Assembly (NCBI GenBank): GCA_963824985.1
Contig: CAWGRQ010000042.1
Coordinates: 9,764-73,763 of the forward strand
Length of the DNA stretch: 64,000 nucleotides
Direction of reading: 5' to 3'
Source: Terriglobia bacterium
Lineage (GTDB): Bacteria > Acidobacteriota > UBA6911
The translations under genes and the position numbers were made by a program. This document shows, one piece after another, positions 10,401 to 19,778 of this stretch. Position 1 is the stretch's first letter. Each line of letters opens with the position of its first letter. The notes under the pieces are model-generated. The model made no database searches. It saw only the letters and a list, made by a program, of their open reading frames with translations, and was not told the DNA's origin.

Positions 10401-11699
10401 TCAATCCTCGAGACTTCGCTGGTTCGTTTCCTTCATGGGCAGCATGAGGGCAAGCCCGATAATCCCATACACCATGACGTAAAAGGCCGGCGCCAGCGGT
10501 TGCCCCAGGCGATCGATCAGCCATGTGGAAACAAATGGGGCCGATCCGCCTGCCAGGGCGAGCGTGATGCTATACGCAAAGCTCATCGAGGTCACCCGGG
10601 TGCGCAGAGGGAAGATCTCGACCACCATCGCGCCTTGAAGGCCCAAGGCCATGCCCAGAGGGATTGCCATGAAGATCTGGCCGTATGCGAATTGGGCGAG
10701 CGAGCCGAAGAGCATCAGCTTGACTGCAATGTACAGGAGCGACATCGTGACGACGGTCAAGATCAGCATCAGCTTGCGCCGGCCCACGTGATCGGACAGC
10801 CATCCACCAAGCGGTTTCGCCATCAGCACGAGTACGAGAACCAGCGTGTTTACCAACTGGAAGGCTTCACCTCCTTCCAGGATCACGCTCCTGCGACGTT
10901 CCACAGCAAATGTGAAGGTCAGGTAGTAGGCGGCGTTCGTCAACCCTACGATGCCGAACGTTTGAATGATTGGGATCCAATCGGCCTTCAAGGATGGAAA
11001 CAACGGCGGCCGTGCAGCCGCCGCCTTGAGACCTGCTTCCGTTTCGGAGATTCCACGCCGCAGGAAATAGCCGGCGACGCAAAACAGCACGCTGCCCACA
11101 AACGGGATCCGCCAGCCCCACGCCGCCACGTCGGCGGCCCCAAGCCAGGAATTCACGAGCCATGCGGAACCGGAGCCGAGGATGAATCCCAGCGTGGTTC
11201 CGGCAGCCGTGGAACTGCTGATCAGGCCCCGCATCCTGGGCGACGATTTCTCCGTGGTATAGACCATCGACCCGGTAAATTCTCCGCCGAGGGAGAAGCC
11301 CTGGATCAACCGCATGAGCACCAGCAGGAGGGGCGCGGCGACGCCAATCTGCGCATAGGTGGGGAGTAAGCCCAGAAGCAAGGTGGCCCCGCCCATGAGC
11401 GCGATGGATAGAGTCAGCAGGGCACGTCGTCCGATCCGGTCCCCTACCAGTCCCAGGACGAGTCCGCCGAAGGGACGCGCCAGAAATCCGATCCCGAACA
11501 CGGCGAAGGTATTCAGTTGCTGGGCAACATGATCCGATTGCGGGAAAAACTGCTGCCCGATATCACTGGCAAAATAGCCGAATACGGCAAAATCAAACCA
11601 CTCGAGCACATTCCCGATCAGGCCCGCCAGTGCGGTGCGAAGTGCGGATTGCCGTGCGATCGGTGGTTCAACCGGAGCTGTTTTGGAAATTTCGGCCAT
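10401..11699 (-). CDS. MFS transporter, metabolite:H+ symporter (MHS, ProP/KgtP-like) family
   Basis: 432 aa. LEWFDFAVFGYFA motif, GDRIGRR loop, 12 predicted hydrophobic segments. Confidence 0.8.
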   Translation of the reverse strand: MAEISKTAPVEPPIARQSALRTALAGLIGNVLEWFDFAVFGYFASDIGQQFFPQSDHVAQQLNTFAVFGIGFLARPFGGLVLGLVGDRIGRRALLTLSIALMGGATLLLGLLPTYAQIGVAAPLLLVLMRLIQGFSLGGEFTGSMVYTTEKSSPRMRGLISSSTAAGTTLGFILGSGSAWLVNSWLGAADVAAWGWRIPFVGSVLFCVAGYFLRRGISETEAGLKAAAARPPLFPSLKADWIPIIQTFGIVGLTNAAYYLTFTFAVERRRSVILEGGEAFQLVNTLVLVLVLMAKPLGGWLSDHVGRRKLMLILTVVTMSLLYIAVKLMLFGSLAQFAYGQIFMAIPLGMALGLQGAMVVEIFPLRTRVTSMSFAYSITLALAGGSAPFVSTWLIDRLGQPLAPAFYVMVYGIIGLALMLPMKETNQRSLED

Positions 11700-11798
11700 T
11701 CAGTGCACCCCCTGGAAAATAACGCGCATTGTAGCCCAGGAGGCGAGCGATCAACTACACAAAACGAGGACATACCGGAATGGGGATGCCAGCGCATC
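11569..11798. repeat. Copy 1 of a 230-bp direct repeat (first ~130 nt of the MFS CDS plus ~100 nt upstream)
   Basis: Hand alignment with 33519-33748 gives about 15 mismatches and no indels (about 93% identity). Confidence 0.9.
11728..11754 (-). promoter_or_regulatory. Candidate sigma70-type promoter of the MFS gene (-10 TACAAT, -35 TTGATC, short 15-nt spacer)
   Basis: Minus-strand reading TTGATCgctcgcctcctgggcTACAAT about 30 nt upstream of the ATG. Both hexamers are retained in the second repeat copy near 33.68 kb. The spacing is suboptimal. Confidence 0.3.
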
Positions 11799-12102
11799 AT
11801 CTCGAAAATGATAAACTCGTTCTTGACCCGTCTGAAGCTTCACACTTTAGAATTACTCCCGGATGCTTTTCATTGCCTTATCCATAAATTGGTTTACCAT
11901 CGGCATCACGGTCATGACTCGATGCTGCTAACGGGATCGTCAACCTACCCGAACCATGGATCGAATGCGGAGAGGATCCGACTATGTCATCCAATGGCAA
12001 GCCCTCATCTCACCGCTCCTCCGGCATCAGAACTCATCCGATCTCTGCTCAGGCCTTGTTTTCATGCCCGGGCTTGCGATCAGCGACTCGTCCCGTGCCG
12101 CT

Positions 12103-12194
12103 CCCGGGACCGCGGGCGTCCCGCCCGCATCGTAGGCACGACATAAGGCCTTGAATATCAGCGGCTTGGCGGGCGGGACGCCCGCGTTCCCGGG
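12103..12194. repeat. 26-bp inverted repeat (25/26 complementary) around a 40-nt loop
   Basis: cccgggaccgcgggcgtcccgcccgc (12103-12128) versus gcgggcgggacgcccgcgttcccggg (12169-12194). Each arm also contains its own gcggg-N3-cccgc mini-hairpin. Confidence 0.85.
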
Positions 12195-12650
12195 CGCTCG
12201 CAGACCAACCTCGTCCGGCGGCAAAATCAACCGTTGAACAGCCTCCAAAGCCCGCCAGCACTTTAAGCGGATGGCTTCCCAGAAGGATCCCCGACCTGCA
12301 AGACAACTATATCTAACATGATTTCAATGATATACGGGACCAATGATTGACAAAAACCTGCGCCGGTGCCATTTATTATGGTGTATTCGCGTCGCCAAAG
12401 TTGCTGCCCATTCCCGGGAAGCAACGCGGGGAAACCAAATTCCTCGAAGCATTCGAGGACGGGGCGCACGGGGGCGGGTAACCGTCACCGGGGTCACTTC
12501 CTGGACCCAGCCCGTCAGCTAACCTCGCCGGCATTGGGAAGGGCGGTCCTCTAGGTCCGAAAAACCCAAGATCTCCCGACAGTTAAACTTGTTCGGCCCA
12601 GGATGCCGGAAGTGCATTCCTGTGCCTGAACCTTTGGTAAGAAGGTGCAC

Positions 12651-14609
12651 ATGTTCGTCCCATGGTCTTTGGAGTTGATCGTAACGGTTGCAGTACTTGT
12701 TCTTGCGGTCGTTGTGGCGTTGGTTTCAGTGCGGAAAATCGGCCCTACGGAAGTCGGCCTCGTGGTCAAGCGGTTCTCCGCCCGAAGACTCTGCGATGAC
12801 AATCCGATTGCGTTGCTCGGTGAAGCCGGATACCAGGCGGACCTGCTCATGCCCGGCTTGCGCTGGAAGTTATGGCCTCTGTACCGCGTGGAAAAATTCC
12901 CGTGGGTCCAGGTACCTGCCGGCGAAGTCGGAGTCGTAATCGCACAAGCGGGGGATCCGCTGCCGATCGGCGCCAAATCGGCAGTCTATAAAAAGGAATT
13001 CGGAGATTTCTCGAATCTCAGGAGCTTTCTCGCCAACGGCGGGCAGAAAGGCGTGCAGCGACCAGTCCTGAGTCCCGGTACGCTCGTGCCGACTCATCCG
13101 GTGGGATTTCTGGTGATCACCAAGGAGAAGGTCTATGGCCTGCCCGTTTCCCCCGAGCTCCGTCACAAAGCCGGGGCGAAATTGACGCCGGAATTATTCG
13201 GCCTGAGGCCTGAACAACTCGAACTGGTTCGAATAGCGCCGCAACCACGCGGCTCGGGCCAGGGAGTTGTCGATATGATCGGCCTTGTGACCACGTTCGA
13301 AGGAGACCCGCTTCCTTCCGGAGCCATCGCCGGCCGTCTTGGCGAATTCTCCGACGTCGAGCAAATGGAAAAGACCGGGGTAGACGACGCCCCGATGATC
13401 GAGAGGTTGCTTGGCAACAAGAACTCGCTGCACAACAATTACCAGGACTTCCAGGCGTTCCTGGAGAGTGGCGGCAGAATCGGTCTCCAGCATGATCCGC
13501 TGCTGTACGGCGCTTTTGCTCTCAACCCTTTCCTGGTAAGCGTGGAACTCGTGCCGATGCTTGTGGTCAAGCAGGGAGAGGTCGCGGTCATCAAGGCGTA
13601 TGTAGGCCTTGTGACCCAGGACACCTCGGGCGCCGAATTCAAGTTCGGCTCGCTGGTAAGAGCCGGACACCGCGGCATCTGGCAGGAAGCGTTGCGTACG
13701 GGGAAGTACCCGATCAATCCCCGCTGCTATGAAGCGGAAATCGTACCGACGGCGATCCTCACACTCAACTGGGCGGACGCCGTCTCACAGGCGCACAACC
13801 TGGATTCCCAGTTAAAGCAGATACGAGCGAAGAGCGAGGAGGGCTTCGTTTTCGACATCGATCTCCAGGTCCAGATTCACGTACCGGATACCAAGGCACC
13901 GAAAGTGATCTCGATGGTAGGAACGATGAGGAACCTCGTCAACGAGGTTCTCCAGGCTGCCGTCGGCAATCACTTCCGTGACAAGCTGCAGAGCATGCCG
14001 GCGATCCGGTTCATTGAAACTCGAAAGGAAGTGCAGGTGCAAGCCTTCGAGCATATCAGGACGGAGCTCGAGCAATACCAGGTGGAGACGCGTGGCGTCT
14101 ATATCCAGGATGTCATCCTTCCCGTGGATCTGGTCAATGTCCTGACGGAACGCGAGATCGCCAACCAGGAGATCGAGACCTTCAAGCGGCAGCGCGAGGC
14201 GCAGGACCAGAGGATCGACATGGAACAAGCTCGCGGCACCGCAGATATGCAGTCCCAGCTGGCCAAATCGGCGGTAGGGGTGCAGATCGAAAAGAATAAT
14301 GCGAGCGCCCGCATAGCGCAGGCGGAAGGCGAATCCGTGTTCATCCGCGAGACCGGCGCGGCCCGCGGCGCGGAAGTCGAGGCGGTCGGTCTTGCGAGGG
14401 CGAAAGGGTACGAGTCGCAGGTGAGAGCCCTGGGGCCTGCCTCCACAGCGCTCGTCAATGCGCTTAACGCCTTGGCCGAAAGCAAGGTGAGGTTTGTGCC
14501 CGAAGTCCTGGTGAGCGGAGGAACCGGTTCGGGTGCGCTGGAGGCTCTGGCCGGAGTGCTCACCCGCTACTTCCACGAACCGGGAGTGGGGAATACCCAG
14601 GCCAATTAG
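12651..14609 (+). CDS. SPFH/band-7 (flotillin-like) membrane protein
   Basis: N-terminal TM helix, then GPTEVGLVVKRF (start of an SPFH fold). C-terminal Ala/Glu/Gln-rich coiled region (QREAQDQRIDMEQARGTADMQSQLAKSAVGVQIEKNNASARIAQAEGE) as in flotillins. ATG at 12651 is preceded by AGAAGG; the GTG at 12645 is also possible. Confidence 0.7.
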   Translation: MFVPWSLELIVTVAVLVLAVVVALVSVRKIGPTEVGLVVKRFSARRLCDDNPIALLGEAGYQADLLMPGLRWKLWPLYRVEKFPWVQVPAGEVGVVIAQAGDPLPIGAKSAVYKKEFGDFSNLRSFLANGGQKGVQRPVLSPGTLVPTHPVGFLVITKEKVYGLPVSPELRHKAGAKLTPELFGLRPEQLELVRIAPQPRGSGQGVVDMIGLVTTFEGDPLPSGAIAGRLGEFSDVEQMEKTGVDDAPMIERLLGNKNSLHNNYQDFQAFLESGGRIGLQHDPLLYGAFALNPFLVSVELVPMLVVKQGEVAVIKAYVGLVTQDTSGAEFKFGSLVRAGHRGIWQEALRTGKYPINPRCYEAEIVPTAILTLNWADAVSQAHNLDSQLKQIRAKSEEGFVFDIDLQVQIHVPDTKAPKVISMVGTMRNLVNEVLQAAVGNHFRDKLQSMPAIRFIETRKEVQVQAFEHIRTELEQYQVETRGVYIQDVILPVDLVNVLTEREIANQEIETFKRQREAQDQRIDMEQARGTADMQSQLAKSAVGVQIEKNNASARIAQAEGESVFIRETGAARGAEVEAVGLARAKGYESQVRALGPASTALVNALNALAESKVRFVPEVLVSGGTGSGALEALAGVLTRYFHEPGVGNTQAN

Positions 14610-14636
14610 CAGCTGGTTCCTTGAGAGGTAACGGTA

Positions 14637-14675
14637 GAGCGGGGGCGCGCTGATACGCGCTCCCGCTTCTTTCTA
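14637..14675 (+). terminator. Rho-independent terminator candidate after the SPFH gene
   Basis: 12-13 bp GC-rich stem (gagcgggggcgcg / cgcgctcccgctt) with a 6-nt loop, followed by ttctttct. Lies 28 nt after the stop codon. Confidence 0.6.
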
Positions 14676-14818
14676 CGGCTAGGCCCGGGCCAGCAGTTTT
14701 CCCAATTCGGCGGCCTTGGCCATCAATTCGCTGTAGAATTGGGACACCCATTTTGTTGTGATTATTTCCTGGCACTTTCCATGGGTTCGCCAGGGCTGGT
14801 TGCCTGGCTGTTCATGAT

Positions 14819-14863
14819 CCCAGGGCTCACGCCCTGGGCTTTGCTGCTCCGCCCCTTCGGGGC
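14819..14863 (+). repeat. 45-nt double-hairpin element, copy 1
   Basis: cccagggc-tcac-gccctggg, 12-nt spacer, gcccc-ttc-ggggc. Second copy at 24373-24417. Confidence 0.8.
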
Positions 14864-14965
14864 TCACATATTTGATCTGGCGGCATTGCCAAGCGATTAC
14901 GGCCAATCCTGATAAAGCGCCATTCGGGACAAGCACCCAAACTCGAAAAAATAGTGTGGCTGCAA

Positions 14966-15835
14966 CTATTGCGTGAGATACACAAGAAGAGGCTCTTTTT
15001 GCTCGACCGGAAAATCCAGCGTCAGAAGAAGCCCTGCGAACGACATGAGATACGCGTTTTCCCGCCCGTAGCTCGCCATGTATTCGGCAGGCACATCAAA
15101 GTTGAAAAAAACGGAATCAATCCAAGGTCGTTTCAAATATCCTTCGAACTCGGACAAAGGGGGGACATTGCGTACGAATGGAAGTCTGGGAAGAGCTTGC
15201 CGTCTCATGTTCCTCGATAGATAAATCCTGGTGGAGCCTTGGGCGTAAGAAGGACGAAACGCGTCCAACGGCTGGGGTGCTGCCAGGCTAGTGAGAATGG
15301 AGACGGAAGCGACGGGACTTACTGAAGTGTCGTAGGGGCGCATCACACAAGGCGGATTGGAGCTTGCGACACTGCGGGAAGAGACCAGCTTGTTTCCCGG
15401 AGTCAATGTGATCGGAGGGTACACGCGCAAGCTCGGGTCGTACCGGCTGGCCTGAATGCGGCTGTCGAATCCGCTGCGTTGAACATTGGGCCGGACATTC
15501 AACATGGTTCCATGTAGCCCGTTGGCCGGTGTCGGGAGAGGTTGAATATCGACGATTGTGATCGTGCCCACCACGTAATAATCGCCGTTCACAAACTGGC
15601 CTACGCGAGTGGGCGCGGCAAAGGTCCAGGTGATGCCGTCCTTGGTAATACTGCTCATCAAGGGAAGCTCTTCGAGGGTGGGAGTGGGCGGGGGATTGCC
15701 GGTCGTAAAGACCGGGACCTGGGCCAGTGCAACCGATGCGTACATGCCCCAGATGATTGGCAGCAGCGCTCCGAGCCCCGGTCTTCCCGGCCCTGATGCA
15801 AGTCGGGATTTGATGAACATGCGGCACCCGCCCAA
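14966..15835 (-). CDS. Secreted hypothetical protein (possibly 3'-truncated)
   Basis: 289-aa ORF with an N-terminal signal-like segment (LGALLPIIWGMYASVALAQ). No motif I recognise. Ends abruptly next to a repeat-containing spacer. Confidence 0.5.
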   Translation of the reverse strand: MGGCRMFIKSRLASGPGRPGLGALLPIIWGMYASVALAQVPVFTTGNPPPTPTLEELPLMSSITKDGITWTFAAPTRVGQFVNGDYYVVGTITIVDIQPLPTPANGLHGTMLNVRPNVQRSGFDSRIQASRYDPSLRVYPPITLTPGNKLVSSRSVASSNPPCVMRPYDTSVSPVASVSILTSLAAPQPLDAFRPSYAQGSTRIYLSRNMRRQALPRLPFVRNVPPLSEFEGYLKRPWIDSVFFNFDVPAEYMASYGRENAYLMSFAGLLLTLDFPVEQKEPLLVYLTQ

Positions 15836-16601
15836 ATGGAGCAGACTTACCTGTCCTGCTGCGCGTGCTCCTGCTGCACAGCCGGCAGATTCTCTTTCAT
15901 TTCATTATCCCTTTAGCACCGTGCCTGCCGATGTGCGACATGTCACAAACGCAAACCTCTGAAGAATCTCGGCGACAGGCGGCTCGACCTCAAAAATGCC
16001 ACTGTTTAGCCGGATCAAAAACTGAACCACGAATCTCAAAGACCTCCTGGAGCTCGATATCCATCGAAGGGCCGTGCGGTGTGGTTACAACTCCACCGTT
16101 GCGCGGTCTGATTTCAAGGGTGATCAGTCTATAAGCCCCAGGCAGTTCGGCCCGACGATCCGGAACGTCCTCAGTGCATGATTGGAAAGGCGGAGGAAAA
16201 AACACCGCTCCATTTCCATTTTTTGGCCCCTTTTTCAGCGTTCAAGCCGGCTTTCCGTGTAGGACCCGGAGTGAAAAGAACCTCGTGGAGGGGGCCGGCC
16301 TCGGGCGGTGCCACGATGCGGGCAGCGTTTCTCTTCTTCCGGGCCGGATTGACGGCATCTTCATTGGCAGGTATATTGTTTTTATTTGCCGGCGACGGAA
16401 GTTGATGCCGCCGGACTCTCAATTCCATGGTCGCCCTGAGAGGTGGTTTAATCATCAATAGGGAGTTGACCGCCTATGCGCATCCCGGGCCGTCAAACAG
16501 CAGCGGCAGCAGATCGAAGGAGAACGGCCGGTCTTCGCCGGGATCTTCCCGGCGGGAGTCTGCAGTCGGGGGGTCTCACAGCGGAGGAGAGGGACACCGG
16601 C

Positions 16602-18236
16602 ATGTCGGATCCAATGACACTCCCGGGAGGCACGACACCGTGGCAGGCTTCGCGCCCCGTCACGGGGCTGGAACCCTATCAGGGACCCTGGAATCGCAAG
16701 ACCGCGGGACATCTCCTGCGGCGCATGATGATCGGGCCCACGGCGAAGGAAATCTCTGAAGCAGCCTCGAGTTCCCTCGATCTCCTGCTCCCCGAGCTGA
16801 TTCAGGAACTTGCCGCACCACCGGCACCCATCGATCCCGCCACCGGGCAGACGTGGATCGGCAGCGTATTCGACACGAGTCTGGACTCCAGATACCAGGG
16901 CTATCTCAAGGCATGGTGGTTGGGTTTGATGGTGACCCAGGGGATCTCGATCCTCGAAAAGATGGTCCTGTTCTGGCACAACCACTACGTTTCCGAGTAC
17001 TCGACCGTGCTGGACTCGCGCTATATGTACCGGCAGAATGCCCTCTTCCGCGGGTATGCCCTAGGCAATATCAAGGAGCTGGTCAAGGCGGTCACGCTCG
17101 ATCCCGCCATGCTCATCTACTTGAATGGCTACCGGAACCGCGGCGACGGCAGCAACACACCCGACGAAAACTACGCGCGCGAGCTTCAGGAATTGTTCAC
17201 CATCGGCAAGGGCCCCCAGATCGGCCCCGGGGATTACACAAACTACACCGAGCAGGATGTCAGGGCCGCCGCCCACGTCCTGACAGGTTGGCGCACAAAC
17301 GGATACCGGAGCACGACCAGCACGGCGATCGACCCCTACTTCGACGCCCTTCGCCATGATCCCAGGGATAAGCAGTTTTCCGCAACCTACCAGGGGACGC
17401 GCATCACCGGGGGCAGCGACGGCGCCCGCGAATTGAACGACCTGGTCGAAATGATATTCCGTCAACAGGAGACGGCCAGGTTTCTTTGCCGCAAGCTGTA
17501 CCGCTGGTTCGTTTACTACGACATCGACGCCGCGGCCGAACAGAACGTGATCGAACCTCTCGCCGATGTCATGCGCAGCTACAATTATGAAATCAAACCC
17601 GTGCTCACGACGCTGTTCCGCAGTGCCCATTTTTTTGACGAGGGCAACATCGGCTGCCTGATCAAAAATCCGGTGGATCTGACCGCCGGCGCTTTGCGCG
17701 GCCTGGAAGCTTCCCTGCCTTCCCCGGCATCCCAGACCGTCGCCTACTATGCCTTGATGGCTTCCCTGGGTACCACGGCAGGAAACATCCAGATGGCGCT
17801 GATGGGCGCTCCGAACGTAGCCGGGTGGCCAGCGTACTATCAAAGCCCGGATTTCCACCGGCTCTGGATCAATACCCTGACCCTGCCGGCAAGATGGGCA
17901 TTCACCGATTCACTGGTGAGCGGCATACGGGCAGGCGGCACGACCACCGCCCTTGACCTGCTCTCCATGGCGAATCGCACCTCGGCTCCCGCGGATCCCC
18001 GGGTGCTGGTCGGGGAAATCGCCGATGCGATGTTTGCGATCGAGCTGACCGCGAATCAGAAGGATTACCTGGTGGCCAGTGTGCTGATTCCAGGGCTCCC
18101 GGACTATGAGTGGACCGTTTACTGGAGCCAGTTTATCGGGGATCCGAACAATACTCAGAAACGCAATGCGGTTGTCACCCGGCTGAACGCACTCATGAAG
18201 TTCATGATGAGAATGGCTGAATTTCAACTTTCCTAG
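16602..18236 (+). CDS. DUF1800 domain protein
   Basis: LVLFWHNHYVSEY, MYRQNALFR, DPAMLIYLNG and NYARELQELFTIGKG blocks are typical of DUF1800. Start moved to the ATG at 16602, preceded by GGAGGAGAGGG. Confidence 0.8.
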   Translation: MSDPMTLPGGTTPWQASRPVTGLEPYQGPWNRKTAGHLLRRMMIGPTAKEISEAASSSLDLLLPELIQELAAPPAPIDPATGQTWIGSVFDTSLDSRYQGYLKAWWLGLMVTQGISILEKMVLFWHNHYVSEYSTVLDSRYMYRQNALFRGYALGNIKELVKAVTLDPAMLIYLNGYRNRGDGSNTPDENYARELQELFTIGKGPQIGPGDYTNYTEQDVRAAAHVLTGWRTNGYRSTTSTAIDPYFDALRHDPRDKQFSATYQGTRITGGSDGARELNDLVEMIFRQQETARFLCRKLYRWFVYYDIDAAAEQNVIEPLADVMRSYNYEIKPVLTTLFRSAHFFDEGNIGCLIKNPVDLTAGALRGLEASLPSPASQTVAYYALMASLGTTAGNIQMALMGAPNVAGWPAYYQSPDFHRLWINTLTLPARWAFTDSLVSGIRAGGTTTALDLLSMANRTSAPADPRVLVGEIADAMFAIELTANQKDYLVASVLIPGLPDYEWTVYWSQFIGDPNNTQKRNAVVTRLNALMKFMMRMAEFQLS

Positions 18237-18257
18237 GCAACCCGGAGGAAGAAGGGA

Positions 18258-19607
18258 TTGCAGGTTTCGAGAAAGCGTATGAATAGAAGAGAGTTCGTCA
18301 AAAAGCTCGGCCCGCTAGGCGCTGTGCCCTTCTGCGTGAGCGGACTTGCGATAACCGGCTTCGATCGCTCGCCTCTGTTGGCCGCTCTGACGGGCCCGTC
18401 GGCGGCCCTGGACCGGGTGCTGGTTGTGGTGCAGCTGGTAGGCGGCAACGACGGGATCAATACCGTCATTCCCCTGGATCAGTACCCCGCCTACCTGAGC
18501 CTCCGCGCGAACATCGCCATCCCCGCCGACCGCGCACTGCGGCTCACCGACGCCGCCGGCCTGCACCCGGCGATGACCGGGATGAAAACGCTGTATGACA
18601 ATGGGAAACTCTGCCTGGTCCAGGGGGTTTCTTACCCTAATCCGAACTTTTCCCACTTCCGCGCCACGGACATCTGGCTGACGGCAGCCGATTACAACCA
18701 GGACCTCTCCAGCGGATGGCTGGGACGGTATCTGGCCTATGAGTTTGACGGTTACCCCAGCGGGTACCCGAATCCGCAGATGCCGGACCCGCCGGCGTTG
18801 CAGATCGGTTCCGTTGTTTCCCTGGGCTTTCAGGGGCCGAGCCAATCAACCGCGATCACAATTCAGGACCCGAATACTTTTTATCAGCTGGTCAGCGGGT
18901 CCAGCAGCGGCGGGCAGGACGAAACCCCGCCCACGACCGCGGGCCAGGAATTGGCGTACATCCGGCAGGTGGCGACACAGTCGACCGCATTTGCCGCCAG
19001 GGTCAAGGCGGCCGCCGACCGGGCCCAGAACCGATCCATCCTTTATCCGGCCGCCGGTCAGAACTCGCTGGCCGATCAGCTGAAGATTGTCGCACGCCTG
19101 ATCGCGGGGGGGTTGCACACCAGGATCTACATGGTGAACCTCGGAGGATTCGACACGCACTCGAACCAGGTGGCCGACGATACGACCACGGGGACCCACG
19201 CAAATCTTTTGGGCAAACTCGCCACGGCCGCGCGCGCTTTCGTGGACGACCTGGAACTCCTGGGGTGCGACCACCGGGTGATCGGAATGACCTTCTCGGA
19301 ATTCGGCAGGCGGGCGGCATCGAATGCCAGCCTGGGCACGGATCATGGAACCGCTGAACCCGTGTTCCTGTTTGGAAGCATGGTCCGGCCGGGAATTATG
19401 GGGAATACCCCCAGCCTGTCCGATCTATCCAACGGCAATCTGATGGCGCAGTTCGACTTTCGATCCGTGTACGCTTCGATTCTGGCCGTGTGGCTGGGTG
19501 TGGATCTCAACGAGTTGGATGCCGTGCTGTTGAGAAGTTTCCCGGTCCTCGATCTGATCCAGCCTCCGCGCGTACTTTCCCGGCGGCGGCCGGTGATTCG
19601 GGGCTGA
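18258..19607 (+). CDS. DUF1501 domain protein (sulfatase-fold, Tat-type signal)
   Basis: NRREFVKKLG twin-arginine-like N-terminus; LGGFDTHSNQ and GTDHG blocks are typical of DUF1501. Lies 22 nt after DUF1800. Start is TTG 18258 (GGAGGA upstream) or ATG 18279. Confidence 0.8.
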   Translation: MQVSRKRMNRREFVKKLGPLGAVPFCVSGLAITGFDRSPLLAALTGPSAALDRVLVVVQLVGGNDGINTVIPLDQYPAYLSLRANIAIPADRALRLTDAAGLHPAMTGMKTLYDNGKLCLVQGVSYPNPNFSHFRATDIWLTAADYNQDLSSGWLGRYLAYEFDGYPSGYPNPQMPDPPALQIGSVVSLGFQGPSQSTAITIQDPNTFYQLVSGSSSGGQDETPPTTAGQELAYIRQVATQSTAFAARVKAAADRAQNRSILYPAAGQNSLADQLKIVARLIAGGLHTRIYMVNLGGFDTHSNQVADDTTTGTHANLLGKLATAARAFVDDLELLGCDHRVIGMTFSEFGRRAASNASLGTDHGTAEPVFLFGSMVRPGIMGNTPSLSDLSNGNLMAQFDFRSVYASILAVWLGVDLNELDAVLLRSFPVLDLIQPPRVLSRRRPVIRG

Positions 19608-19778
19608 AAGAGCCATTCAATGCGAAAGATATTGGGAAAGACAGGGCCTCTTCAACCGGGCGACCCGGCAATCGCAAAAAAGGCCGACTGTCGGATCCTT
19701 ATGGAGGTGAAATTGCCATTACGGCCTGGTTGGCCGGGATCATCCCGATGCGCGCCGGAAGCGCCGAGGAGATAGCTT

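Noticed and set aside
12347-12380. Promoter call from a perfect TTGACA at 12347-12352
   Set aside because: The best -10-like hexamer (TATTAT, 12374-12379) is 21 nt away, and hexamers at 17-18 nt spacing match poorly. This is too weak to annotate.
14679-14936. 85-aa ORF containing ...SPEGAEQQSPGREPWD...
   Set aside because: Its middle is simply the reverse translation of the double-hairpin repeat. It has no RBS and no coding-like flanks, although the last about 25 codons could be a remnant of something.
15990-16205. 71-aa minus-strand ORF (...YRLITLEIRPRNGGVVTTPHGPSMDIELQEVFEIRGSVFDPAKQWHF) in the 640-nt spacer before DUF1800
   Set aside because: It looks somewhat protein-like, but it has a GTG start with no RBS and no recognisable family. 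It is possibly another gene remnant, and support is insufficient to annotate it.
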